Assembly: GCA_003345595.1 (NCBI GenBank)
Contig: PRDI01000031.1
Coordinates: forward strand, 1-14,761
Length of the DNA stretch: 14,761 bases
Direction of reading: 5' to 3'
DNA from: Candidatus Thorarchaeota archaeon
Lineage (GTDB): Archaea; Asgardarchaeota; Thorarchaeia; Thorarchaeales; Thorarchaeaceae
Shown in pieces: positions 1 through 8,532 of this stretch. The notes beneath the pieces were generated by a model. The model ran no database searches, was not told the origin of the DNA, and saw nothing but the letters and a program-made list of their open reading frames with translations. Each line of letters begins with the position of its first letter. The stretch's first letter is position 1. The position numbers and the translations under genes are program-made.

Positions 1-2
1 AT

Positions 3-917
3 CTGTTTGAGTACCTCAGGACAAAGGTGATCGGCAAGCCAGCGAGCTACCTGCAACCTGTACCTCTCTCTAATGTGATCAATGGAGGAGCGCACGCAGG
101 AAATGACCTTGCCGTACAGGAGTTCATGATACTGCCTGTAGGAGCCGCAGATGTTCGAGAGGGTATCCGATACACGAGTGAGGTATACCAAGCTCTCGGG
201 AAGAGGATGATTTCCAAGTACGGAAGGATGGCGAAGCATGTTGGTGATGAAGGGGGATACTGTGGCTTTGGACTGAAGACCACACGAGATGCATTCGACG
301 AGATCATTGGTGCGATTTCGGCAGCCGGCTATCAGCCTGGCAAGGACGTTGTTCTCGGCATCGACTGCGCCGCCAGCAGCTTCTACAAGGATGGTAAGTA
401 CACTGTTGATGGCAAAACCATGGACCCCGGTCAGCTGATTGACTACTATCTGGACCTAGAGAAGACATTCCCAATGAGGAGCATCGAGGACCCATTCCAT
501 GAGGAAGCCTTTGACACATTCGCAGAGCTGAGCAAGAAGACCCGTTGTCAGGTGATAACGGACGACCTGACAGTATCCAACCCGTCAACTGTTCAGAAGG
601 CGATAGACATGAAGGCCGGCAACGCACTACTGCTGAAGCTGAACCAGATTGGCACGGTCACAGAAGCAATTGACGCCGCCAGGACCGCTAACAAGGCTGG
701 ATGGCCGGTCGTTGTCAGCCACAGAAGTGGTGAAACTGGCGATACGTTCATCGCGGACCTCGTGGTTGCACTGTCGACTGGCCAGTTAAAGAGTGGTGCG
801 CCAGCACGAAGCGACAGGGTCGAGAAGTACAACAGGCTCCTTGAGATCTATGACCTGCTCGGCGGGAAGTGCGGCTATGCTGGAGCAGACTTCATGACAG
901 CATGGAGGAAGTACTAG
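3..917 (+). CDS. eno: Enolase (phosphopyruvate hydratase), 5'-truncated by window edge
   Basis: Frame is open from position 3 (LFEYLRTKVIGK...), so the GTG at 27 is internal. Enolase motifs present: NVINGGAHA, QEFMI, GDEGG, SIEDP, DDL, LLKLNQIGT, SHRSGET, GQLKSGAPARSDRVEKYN. Confidence 0.98.
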   Translation: MFEYLRTKVIGKPASYLQPVPLSNVINGGAHAGNDLAVQEFMILPVGAADVREGIRYTSEVYQALGKRMISKYGRMAKHVGDEGGYCGFGLKTTRDAFDEIIGAISAAGYQPGKDVVLGIDCAASSFYKDGKYTVDGKTMDPGQLIDYYLDLEKTFPMRSIEDPFHEEAFDTFAELSKKTRCQVITDDLTVSNPSTVQKAIDMKAGNALLLKLNQIGTVTEAIDAARTANKAGWPVVVSHRSGETGDTFIADLVVALSTGQLKSGAPARSDRVEKYNRLLEIYDLLGGKCGYAGADFMTAWRKY

Positions 918-920
918 CCA

Positions 921-2162
921 ATGACAGCGAAACTCACCGCAGCCATGGTAGTGATGGATGGTGGGGGCGACCGGCCTGTACCTGAGCTTGGTGGTTTGAC
1001 CCCACTTCAGGCAGCAAAGACCCCTAACTTCGATCGTCTTGCTTCTCAGGGGCAGAGCGGACTCATGCATGTGATATCTCCCGGTGTGACTCCCGGAAGT
1101 GATACTGCACACTTGGCACTGTTCGGATACGACCCGGTGTCGACCTACCCTGGACGAGGACCACTTGAGGCGCTCGGTGCAGGCCTCCAGTCTAGACCCG
1201 GAGATGTGGCGTTTCGTGCCAACTTCGCAACCATGAACCCCGACTTTACAGTGATTGACCGTAGGGCAGGAAGGGAGTTTACAAGTGAAGAGGGTGCGGC
1301 TCTTCAGAAAGCACTGGATGGTTTGGACATTGATGGAGTGAAGGTTCACTTTGTGCACACGGTCGAGCATCGCGGTGCTCTTGTTCTGGAGGGCAAGGGT
1401 CTCTCAGAGAAGATAACTGATGTCGACCCGCATGAGGATGGGAAGAAGATACTCCAAGCGGAGCCACTTGTGCCAGAGGCGAGAAAGACCGCCGATGTTG
1501 TGAACAGACTGATTAGGCTCTCCTACGAGCGACTGAGAGGTCTTGATGTCAACAAGGCTCGACAGAAACGAGGGATTGCACCTGCAAATGTGCTCCTTCT
1601 AAGAGGACCCGGTCAGCACCGGGAGGTTGCCACACTCAAAGAACGGTTTGGCATCCGCTGCGCTGTTCTCGCAGGAGGCGCACTGTACATTGGCACGGCC
1701 AAGTACGTCGGGATGGATCATGTCAAGGTCCAAGGTCAGACGGGAACCATAGACACCAACTTCGACGGGATAGCAGACAAGGCAATTGAATGCATTGAGG
1801 GTGGCTACGACTATGTCTTCATCCACATCAAGGCGACCGACAACGCAAGCCATGACCACAATGTGAAACAGAAGATACTCGCGATAGAACGAACCGACAA
1901 GATGGTTGGCCGAATACTCGACAAGGTTCGTGACCGGGTCGTGATTGCTGTCACGGCAGACCACACTACTCCTGTGACTGTGGGCGAGCACACGTGTGAC
2001 CCCGTACCAATAGTGATTTGGGCACCATTCCTTCGTCCAGACTCTTCTAAGCGATTCACCGAGATTGATGCAGCACGTGGAGCGCTTCACACCATTCGTG
2101 GCATGGATGTTCTTCCAACGCTTCTGGGCTATGCAGGGAAAACCGAGAAGTTTGGTTCTTGA
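921..2162 (+). CDS. apgM: 2,3-bisphosphoglycerate-independent phosphoglycerate mutase, archaeal type (alkaline phosphatase superfamily)
   Basis: Motifs DGGGDRP, TPLQAAKTPNFD, PGSDTAHLALFGYDP (phospho-Ser), YPGRGPLEALG, DNASHD, TADHTTP, HTCDPVP. Starts 3 nt after the eno stop, with GGAGG at 904-908; probably co-transcribed. Confidence 0.96.
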   Translation: MTAKLTAAMVVMDGGGDRPVPELGGLTPLQAAKTPNFDRLASQGQSGLMHVISPGVTPGSDTAHLALFGYDPVSTYPGRGPLEALGAGLQSRPGDVAFRANFATMNPDFTVIDRRAGREFTSEEGAALQKALDGLDIDGVKVHFVHTVEHRGALVLEGKGLSEKITDVDPHEDGKKILQAEPLVPEARKTADVVNRLIRLSYERLRGLDVNKARQKRGIAPANVLLLRGPGQHREVATLKERFGIRCAVLAGGALYIGTAKYVGMDHVKVQGQTGTIDTNFDGIADKAIECIEGGYDYVFIHIKATDNASHDHNVKQKILAIERTDKMVGRILDKVRDRVVIAVTADHTTPVTVGEHTCDPVPIVIWAPFLRPDSSKRFTEIDAARGALHTIRGMDVLPTLLGYAGKTEKFGS

Positions 2163-2186
2163 GGTCCTTAGTCCCCCTCGAATCCA

Positions 2187-3545
2187 CTAGTCCTGAGATG
2201 CAAGGTGCTGAATCCCGCGCTTTCCGATTGCTCGGTACTCGAAACCTTTCGCAATGACTGACTGTGTGTCAAACACATTCCTGCCGTCCACAATCGTGGG
2301 AGTTCTCATGAGCTTCTTGATCTTGTCGAGGTCCAGCTTGGAGTACTGCGAGTGCTTGGTGACGAGCGCTAGGCAGTCTGCGCCCTTTGCGGCCTTGTAG
2401 ATGTCCTTCTCGACCTCTAGAGGGCCAAACTCCCATTGTTGCACGTAGGGATCATGTAGCCTAACAGTCACCCCTTTTGTCTGCAAAGATGCAACCAAAG
2501 TGGCCGCAGGCGTGTTTCTTGTGTCATCAGAGTCTTCTAGGTATGCCGCACCAAGGACTGTCACAATGGCCTCGTTTATCTGAACTCCCTTTGCCATCAA
2601 TGCGTTTTCTACAAGATTCGACATGTGAACAGGCATGTAGTTGTTGATTCTTCTTGCCAGAGAGATAAACTCGGGCTCAATCTTCCAAGTGCCATATTCG
2701 TACAGACCATATCTTAGCAGCCACGGGTCCTTGGGCAAGCAGTGCCCTCCCACTCCCGCCCCGGGGATGTGCATATGCCTATCATGTCTTGCGTTGATTA
2801 CCTTGATGATATCATAGACATTGACGCCCATACTCTCACAGATCATAGAAACCTCGTTCGCGAACGCGATGTTGACGTCTCGATATGCGTTCTCAATTGT
2901 CTTCGCAAGTTCAGCGCTCAGGGTGTCTGTGATGTATATCTTGTCCTTGACAATCTTGGAGTACAACTCGACTGTGCGCTGTGTACTTCTCGGAGTAATG
3001 CCGCCAACGACTCTTGGCATGTTCACGAGGTATTCAATGAGTTTGCCGGGCATGACTCTCTCGTATGAGAATGCGAGGTCGAACTCCACACCTCCTTTAA
3101 GGCCAGACTCTTTCTCGATGATCTTTTGCACCACATTCTGAGTAGTTCCCGGAGCAACGGTAGACTCCACGACCACAAGCGCACCTTTCTTGATTCGCTG
3201 GCCGATGTTCGCGCTCGCCTCCCGTAGGGAAACGTACTGAGGCATGTTCTGTGCGTCCGTCGGGGTCTGAACATCAATCAGTATGACATCAGCATCCTTG
3301 AGCACCTCCACATCGTCTGTGGCCTTGAAGGTGCCTTTCGACACGACTCTAGAAATCACTTCTTCAAGTTCAGGTTCCACACCCTCGAAGGGCGACTTGC
3401 CTTTGTTCAGTACATCTATTTTGTAGCCAGAACGCTTCGATCTGCGCTGTAACCCCGTGACCTGAAATCCGTCCACGTCAGCAAGAAGAACAGCACAAGG
3501 TATGCCAACATACCCCATTCCAACGACAACAATCTTCGTTACCAT
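2187..3545 (-). CDS. Nucleotide-sugar dehydrogenase, UDP-glucose/GDP-mannose dehydrogenase family (WecC/WbpA/TviB-like UDP-N-acetylhexosamine 6-dehydrogenase)
   Basis: Rossmann GMGYVG, VQTP, ESTVAPGTT, ERVMPG, AELAKTIENAYRDVNIAFANE, catalytic GAGVGGHCLPKDP, DTRNTP, DGRN. Start moved from 3608 to ATG 3545 (MVTKIVVVG), preceded by a GAGG SD-like element. Substrate cannot be assigned from sequence alone. Confidence 0.93.
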   Translation of the reverse strand: MVTKIVVVGMGYVGIPCAVLLADVDGFQVTGLQRRSKRSGYKIDVLNKGKSPFEGVEPELEEVISRVVSKGTFKATDDVEVLKDADVILIDVQTPTDAQNMPQYVSLREASANIGQRIKKGALVVVESTVAPGTTQNVVQKIIEKESGLKGGVEFDLAFSYERVMPGKLIEYLVNMPRVVGGITPRSTQRTVELYSKIVKDKIYITDTLSAELAKTIENAYRDVNIAFANEVSMICESMGVNVYDIIKVINARHDRHMHIPGAGVGGHCLPKDPWLLRYGLYEYGTWKIEPEFISLARRINNYMPVHMSNLVENALMAKGVQINEAIVTVLGAAYLEDSDDTRNTPAATLVASLQTKGVTVRLHDPYVQQWEFGPLEVEKDIYKAAKGADCLALVTKHSQYSKLDLDKIKKLMRTPTIVDGRNVFDTQSVIAKGFEYRAIGKRGIQHLASQD

Positions 3546-3616
3546 CTGGAACAGCCTCAGAGGCACGGACCGGTCTGCCCAGGTCACAACCATCGACGGC
3601 GAGCTCATGAGCGCAC

Positions 3617-3658
3617 AAAAACGTTGTTACAGGTGAGCGACCGAACCCGGAAAGCGGG
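3617..3658 (-). terminator. Possible terminator of the 4Fe-4S gene (short hairpin, then T5 tract)
   Basis: On the minus strand after the stop: CCCG-CTTTC-CGGG (3658-3646), then TTTTT (3621-3617). Oligo-T termination is established in archaea, but the signal is short. Confidence 0.3.
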
Positions 3659-3661
3659 CGA

Positions 3662-4489
3662 CTACTCGACATTGACGGCTGCAGTTATGCGGCGAACAGA
3701 GTCCTCGAAGTACTCGGGGTCATCGATTGTCAGCTCTATTGCTTTGTTGGGACAGACTTCAACACATCTGCCACATCCTCGGCACTCCTTGCTTATGACA
3801 GCCCTGTCGTCCACTAGAGAGATTGCATTGACGAAGCAGCTGCCCTGAGTACATGTCCCGCAACCCTCACATCTGTCCGTGACCTTCACATGGACGCCTG
3901 ACATGCTTGTGATTTTCCTGCCAATACCGGGGGTGAGATCTGGCAGAATCTTCCAAAGACAGCAACAAGGACAGCAATTACAGACAGTGAGCAGCTTGTT
4001 GCCGGGTTGTGCGCCGAGCCACATAGAATCGAGCTTGTTACGACCAATAAGATGAACCAGTCCTGCTTCACGACACCTTCTCACATAGTCGAGCGCTTCT
4101 TCCTTCGTGACCCTGCGGCCCAACTGTGGGTTTATCATGAGCGAGGCTTCTCCAAGAAAGAGGCAGCCGTACTCTATCGGGTAGTCCTTGCACTTCGAGG
4201 CACTCCTGCAGATACAGAAGTTCATGATCCAGTGATAATTCGCTTTCTTGATGAAATGCTCCACAATCTGCGATGGCAGGACTGTTTCCACCGGCCGCTG
4301 AACCGATTTCTGAATGGGTATGGTCTTCTGGACCACAGAGTCCTTCGGAAGATAGATTATGTCATCGTTCTCGAAGACCATCTTGTCGACCAAGCGGCCC
4401 AGTAAGGGCACGCGTGTCATCAGCGCTATCATGCGCCTGTTTGGGAATGTCTTCTTGAGGAGCGCTACGAACCAGAGAGGACGGGCCAT
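3662..4489 (-). CDS. Cys-rich 4Fe-4S binding protein with C-terminal 2x[4Fe-4S] ferredoxin-like domain
   Basis: C-terminal CEGCGTCTQGSC and CRGCGRCVEVCP; central CICR-x4-C-x7-C and CNCCPCCC clusters. Likely start is ATG 4489 (MARPLWF), alternatively 4513; the ORF-track extension to 4654 looks non-coding. Confidence 0.88.
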   Translation of the reverse strand: MARPLWFVALLKKTFPNRRMIALMTRVPLLGRLVDKMVFENDDIIYLPKDSVVQKTIPIQKSVQRPVETVLPSQIVEHFIKKANYHWIMNFCICRSASKCKDYPIEYGCLFLGEASLMINPQLGRRVTKEEALDYVRRCREAGLVHLIGRNKLDSMWLGAQPGNKLLTVCNCCPCCCLWKILPDLTPGIGRKITSMSGVHVKVTDRCEGCGTCTQGSCFVNAISLVDDRAVISKECRGCGRCVEVCPNKAIELTIDDPEYFEDSVRRITAAVNVE

Positions 4490-4502
4490 GGTTATTTCTT
4501 GC

Positions 4503-4531
4503 TCATAAGGCATTGATATTGCTATCGAACC
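4503..4531. repeat. Copy 1 of a 29-bp intergenic direct repeat (promoter/operator-like)
   Basis: TCATAAGGCATTGATATTGCTATCGAACC matches 8791-8819 at 25/29 positions without gaps. It lies 14-42 nt upstream of the minus-strand ATG at 4489. Confidence 0.8.
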
Positions 4532-4838
4532 GGATTCAGGGGGAACAAAGCATAGGATATGCTGACCGTAGACTATGAACAACAATTTCCTCGCCGAACG
4601 AAGAGACTCGACTTCACTCCTAAATCGCCCTAGCCAAAGACGTGATGCGCACAAATGCAGGTATGAACCAGAGGGTAGGCGTCAGATCCGAGATATGCAA
4701 GTCCGTAAATAGGAGTTCGCATATTCTCTGCTACTGTGCAAATCCAGTTCAGGGGGATTTAATCAAACTGGATGGAGCAGAAGAGGATACCAGAACCCTC
4801 TGTTTGGCATCGTTTACTCTTCAGGAGGCGGGTGCATA

Positions 4839-7800
4839 ATGAAGCATTATTGTAACAGGTATAGATTGAACTTAGGGCAACTTAGGAAGACAACGAGTTC
4901 CCTGACACTGTTTCTGCTACTGACGATAATGATTGTGGCTCCGGTCACTACGACTACACCGAAGGCAGTGGGCAGCGCTCTACAAGGAAGCACTGACCAT
5001 GGAAACAGGATTGTAGCTGGTGCTCCCAAGACAACCGGCCTATATTGGGCTAGGACTTACGGAGGCGTCAACTCTGATTCTCCAGCGTGGGTCCAGCAGA
5101 CCACGGATGGAGGTTACGCGATGACGGGAACCACATTCTCATCTGACTATAGCACCGCCTTTCTCTGGGTTGCAAAGCTCAACTGTTCAGGGGGTGTCAC
5201 ATGGCAGAAGACCTACGTAAACAGCAGCATCGCCACAGGGGCAGATTTCATTCAGCAGACCTCTGACGGCGGCTACATAGTGGCCGCAGGCATGACAACA
5301 GCTACGGCTCTAAGCACAGCTTGGATCTTGAAGCTTGCCGCCGATGGCTCGATGACGTGGCAGAAGACCTACGGAAGTAGCGGCACCAACGTATTCTATA
5401 TTGCCTCCATTCAGCAGACCTCTGACGGAGGCTACATAGGAGTAGGAGCAACAAACGCTTCTGGCGCAGGCGGCCCTGACATATGGGCTCTGAAGATCAC
5501 CTCAGATGGTTCAATAGAATGGCAGAAGACCTATGGAGGCACTAATGCCGATCAGGGAATCTTTGTTCAACAGACCATGGATGGAGGCTATATAGTAGGT
5601 GCGGAGACGGTGTCCTTCTCACAAGGTTCTGATGATTACTTGATTCTAAAGCTCAACTCAACTGGTGGGGTCACATGGCAGAAAACCTACGGAGGGACTT
5701 CTGCAGACGACCTGCACTTCATTCGACAGACACCGGATGGAGGGTACTTTGTAGGTGGACAGACAGGCTCTTTCGGTCCTATTGTTGGTACAAACGTCTG
5801 GGCATTGAGGCTCAATTCCACAGGCGGAGTAATCTGGCAAAATGCTTACGGAGGCATCAGCAGCAGTGGCGCTTTCTCCGGCGGCTTGGCGTCTGACGGG
5901 GGCTACATACTTGCGGGATACACATTTGGATATGGCGCAGGCGGCTCGGACGTTTGGGTCCTGAGGCTCAACTCCACAGGCGGAGTACTCTCGCAGAACG
6001 CCTACGGAGGCAGTGGTGATGAAGGTGCAGAATCTGTTCAACAGACCGAGGACGGAGGCTACATGATTGGCGCGCACACAGATTCGTTTGGTGCAGGCTT
6101 GGATGACTCTTGGTTGGTGAAGCTCAACAGCAATTGCTCAGTGGTATTCGACAAGGGCAGCGATGCATCATTGCACGCATCAAGCGCAGGTACCTACATC
6201 ACCAACGCCGTGATCACGACACCGTCTGTGACCATTGGAAATGCTATCGCGGTATCAGCTATCACGACAATAACACCTGTGGCCTCCAGTATGGAAGTGA
6301 TGACGCAGGCTACCCCGGACTTGACTCCACCCTCAACCATAACTAGTCTGGTTGTGAGCAACCCGAAGTACTACTCGATTGATTTGACTTGGACTGCTCC
6401 CGGAGACGACGGCATGAAGGGGAACGCCACGGGCTATGTCGTGAAGTACTCCACGTCGGGAGCAATTACGGCCGCGAATTGGGACTCCTCCATTACCTAT
6501 GACCAGACGTGGACTCCCGCCAAGAACGGTACAACAGAAACGCACACGATCAGTGGATTGCCTTCGGGCCTGAAGTATTGGTTCGCGGTCGAGGCCTATG
6601 ACGAAGTACCCAACCTTGGCGGCGTATCCAACAGTCCCAGTGCAACGACCATCGCGATAGCCGGTAGGTATTTCTCAAACACCTACCCGTATCATGCTCA
6701 TGCAGGTAGTCCAAGGGGCGTTCTACAGACACCCGACGAAGGTTACATAGTGGTGGGAGTAATAGGCAACGGCACATACGGCAGTGAGGATCTCTGGGTT
6801 CTTAAGCTGGACTCCGCCGGGGCAGTGACCTGGCAGAAGAGCTACGGAGGCAACCTCAGTGACTATGGGAACTCCATTGACTTGACCACCGATGGGGGCT
6901 ACATAGTTGCAGGCTACACCTACTCATTTGGCGCAGGCAGCATGGACGCTTGGGTTTTGAAGCTCAACTCCACTGGCGGTGTGACGTGGCAGAAGACCTA
7001 TGGAGGCACCAGCGGCGACGAGGCCAACTCTGTTCAGCAGACTGCAGACGGAGGCTACGTAGTCGCCGGGAATACCGGGTCGTTCGGCGCAGGCGGCTCA
7101 GATGTTTGGGTCTTGAAGCTAAATTCTACTGGCGGGGTGGCATGGCAGAAGACATTCGGAACGAGTGAGCCCGAGGGCGCGAAATGTGTTCAGCAGACAG
7201 TAGATGGAGGGTACATTGTAGCGGGATTCACGCGCCCCGGGACGACAGCTATCGGTATGTGGGTTCTGAAGCTCAACTCCAGTGGCGGACTGGCGTGGGA
7301 GAAGTACTACGTAATCCCCGTCTTCGAAAGCTTCGAAGCCGCTAGTTCTATCCAGCAGACTCTGGATGGGGGCTACATAGTGGCGGGTACATCGTTTGCA
7401 TATTATCCCAATGAGAGTGGAATCTGGGTACTGAAGCTGGACTCTAACGGCACAGTCGTCTGGCAGAAGAAGTACGGAGGCGACACATCCTTCTCTCCAT
7501 CTGTTCAGCAGACCCTTGACGGAGGTTACGTCGTTGTCGGATCAGCACAACACACCGACAAGAATGGCGTCTGGCGACGTGGTATCTGGATTGCGAAGCT
7601 GAACTCCACCGGCGGGGTGACATGGCAGGAGGTTTTTGCAGGCGGCAACTCGCGGGAGAGCATCTGGTGTGGTCCGTGGTCGGTTCAGCAGACCGTTGAC
7701 CAAGGATACGTAATAGGAGCAAACATTAATTGGGCTACGAATGGCAACTCAGAATTGTGGATAATCAAGCTTGACTACGAAGGAACATCCGTAGAATGGG

Positions 7801-8492
7801 ACGAGTACTTCTACTTGTCCACTTACACCACAAGCACAGTTCCCGTGAGCACCGATGCATACGTGATCCCTGTGGGTGACATACATACCTTCTACTCCCT
7901 GAACAGCTCTGCGATCATCCATGACACAAACGTAACACCAACAGACACTTTCGCGACCGTAAGGTCACAGAATGAGAACCCCGATACCACGCCGCCTGGA
8001 GAGATAACTGACCTTCACGCAAGCTCATATTGGAATTCGAATGGCTCCGGGATTACTGATTTCCGTATTCTGTTGTTTTGGTCACCACCGGGTGACGACA
8101 ACTACTCTGGAAACGCCACGGGCTACATAGTCAAGTACTCCATAACAGGGGCGATAACCGCCGCCAACTGGAGTTCCGCAACAACGTACAGTCAGTCTTG
8201 GATACCTCAAGCTCCGTATGCTCCCGGCAGGCCGTACTATCCGGGTATCGAGGCTTACAACATCACAGATCTGGGCGTTGGGCCAAGGAACTACTGGTTT
8301 GCAATAGTAGCCTACGACAATCAAGGTAACTATGGCAATGTTTCAAATTGCGCTATAGTAGGAATGCCATTGATAACGACAAGCACCACGACAACGTATA
8401 GCTCGCCTTGGCCCGCATTGGCGGCAAGTGCAGCAGTAATCTCCGTAGCGGTGGTTTTAGTGTATGTGTTTCTGAGGAGAAGGAAGGGATAG
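4839..8492 (+). CDS. Large membrane-anchored cell-surface glycoprotein: N-terminal signal/TM, 2x[7-repeat beta-propeller + linker + FN3], Thr/Ser stalk, C-terminal TM and basic tail
   Basis: Hydrophobic LTLFLLLTIMIVAPV after a basic N-region. 14 repeats of consensus QQTxDGGYIVxG...WVLKLNSTGGVTWQKTYGG. Two FN3-like domains (WTAPGDD/WSPPGDD...YWFAxxAYD). Ends TTSTTTT, TM, RRRKG. GGAGG at 4824-4828; exact start is uncertain. Confidence 0.9.
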   Translation: MKHYCNRYRLNLGQLRKTTSSLTLFLLLTIMIVAPVTTTTPKAVGSALQGSTDHGNRIVAGAPKTTGLYWARTYGGVNSDSPAWVQQTTDGGYAMTGTTFSSDYSTAFLWVAKLNCSGGVTWQKTYVNSSIATGADFIQQTSDGGYIVAAGMTTATALSTAWILKLAADGSMTWQKTYGSSGTNVFYIASIQQTSDGGYIGVGATNASGAGGPDIWALKITSDGSIEWQKTYGGTNADQGIFVQQTMDGGYIVGAETVSFSQGSDDYLILKLNSTGGVTWQKTYGGTSADDLHFIRQTPDGGYFVGGQTGSFGPIVGTNVWALRLNSTGGVIWQNAYGGISSSGAFSGGLASDGGYILAGYTFGYGAGGSDVWVLRLNSTGGVLSQNAYGGSGDEGAESVQQTEDGGYMIGAHTDSFGAGLDDSWLVKLNSNCSVVFDKGSDASLHASSAGTYITNAVITTPSVTIGNAIAVSAITTITPVASSMEVMTQATPDLTPPSTITSLVVSNPKYYSIDLTWTAPGDDGMKGNATGYVVKYSTSGAITAANWDSSITYDQTWTPAKNGTTETHTISGLPSGLKYWFAVEAYDEVPNLGGVSNSPSATTIAIAGRYFSNTYPYHAHAGSPRGVLQTPDEGYIVVGVIGNGTYGSEDLWVLKLDSAGAVTWQKSYGGNLSDYGNSIDLTTDGGYIVAGYTYSFGAGSMDAWVLKLNSTGGVTWQKTYGGTSGDEANSVQQTADGGYVVAGNTGSFGAGGSDVWVLKLNSTGGVAWQKTFGTSEPEGAKCVQQTVDGGYIVAGFTRPGTTAIGMWVLKLNSSGGLAWEKYYVIPVFESFEAASSIQQTLDGGYIVAGTSFAYYPNESGIWVLKLDSNGTVVWQKKYGGDTSFSPSVQQTLDGGYVVVGSAQHTDKNGVWRRGIWIAKLNSTGGVTWQEVFAGGNSRESIWCGPWSVQQTVDQGYVIGANINWATNGNSELWIIKLDYEGTSVEWDEYFYLSTYTTSTVPVSTDAYVIPVGDIHTFYSLNSSAIIHDTNVTPTDTFATVRSQNENPDTTPPGEITDLHASSYWNSNGSGITDFRILLFWSPPGDDNYSGNATGYIVKYSITGAITAANWSSATTYSQSWIPQAPYAPGRPYYPGIEAYNITDLGVGPRNYWFAIVAYDNQGNYGNVSNCAIVGMPLITTSTTTTYSSPWPALAASAAVISVAVVLVYVFLRRRKG
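5043..6130 (+). repeat. Intragenic repeat block 1: seven ~50-aa propeller-blade repeats
   Basis: Seven DGGY cores (QQTTD, QQTSD, QQTSD, QQTMD, RQTPD, LASD, QQTED). DNA near-identity between blades, e.g. 5249-5280 vs 5408-5439 (31/32). Boundaries approximate. Confidence 0.88.
6700..7780 (+). repeat. Intragenic repeat block 2: seven ~50-aa propeller-blade repeats
   Basis: Seven cores (LQTPDEGY, DLTTDGGY, QQTADGGY, QQTVDGGY, QQTLDGGY x2, QQTVDQGY). Boundaries approximate. Confidence 0.88.
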
Positions 8493-8532
8493 GCCAAGTC
8501 AAGCTGGCCGGACTTGGTCATTCCTTTTTCTT
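8492..8532 (+). terminator. Hairpin plus pyrimidine/T tract directly after the surface-protein stop
   Basis: Stem GGCCAAGTC (8492-8500) / GACTTGGTC (8511-8519), 9 bp with one G-U pair and a 10-nt loop, followed by TTCCTTTTTCTT (8521-8532). Confidence 0.6.

Noticed and set aside
3603-3612. 10-bp palindrome GCTCATGAGC upstream of the dehydrogenase
   Set aside because: Single occurrence, and 10-bp palindromes are expected several times by chance in 15 kb.
4642-4839. 65-aa ORF whose stop overlaps the surface-gene start (TAATG)
   Set aside because: No recognisable features and it occupies the likely divergent promoter region; probably chance, though not excluded.
5043-7780. CRISPR-like periodic repeats (~150-nt period)
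   Set aside because: The repeats are degenerate, in-frame and vary mostly at synonymous positions, so they are protein repeats. No cas genes are present.
8370-8492. Archaeosortase (PGF-CTERM/PEF-CTERM) sorting signal
   Set aside because: The Thr-rich linker, TM and basic tail are present, but there is no PGF/PEF motif (SSPWP instead); treated as a plain TM anchor.
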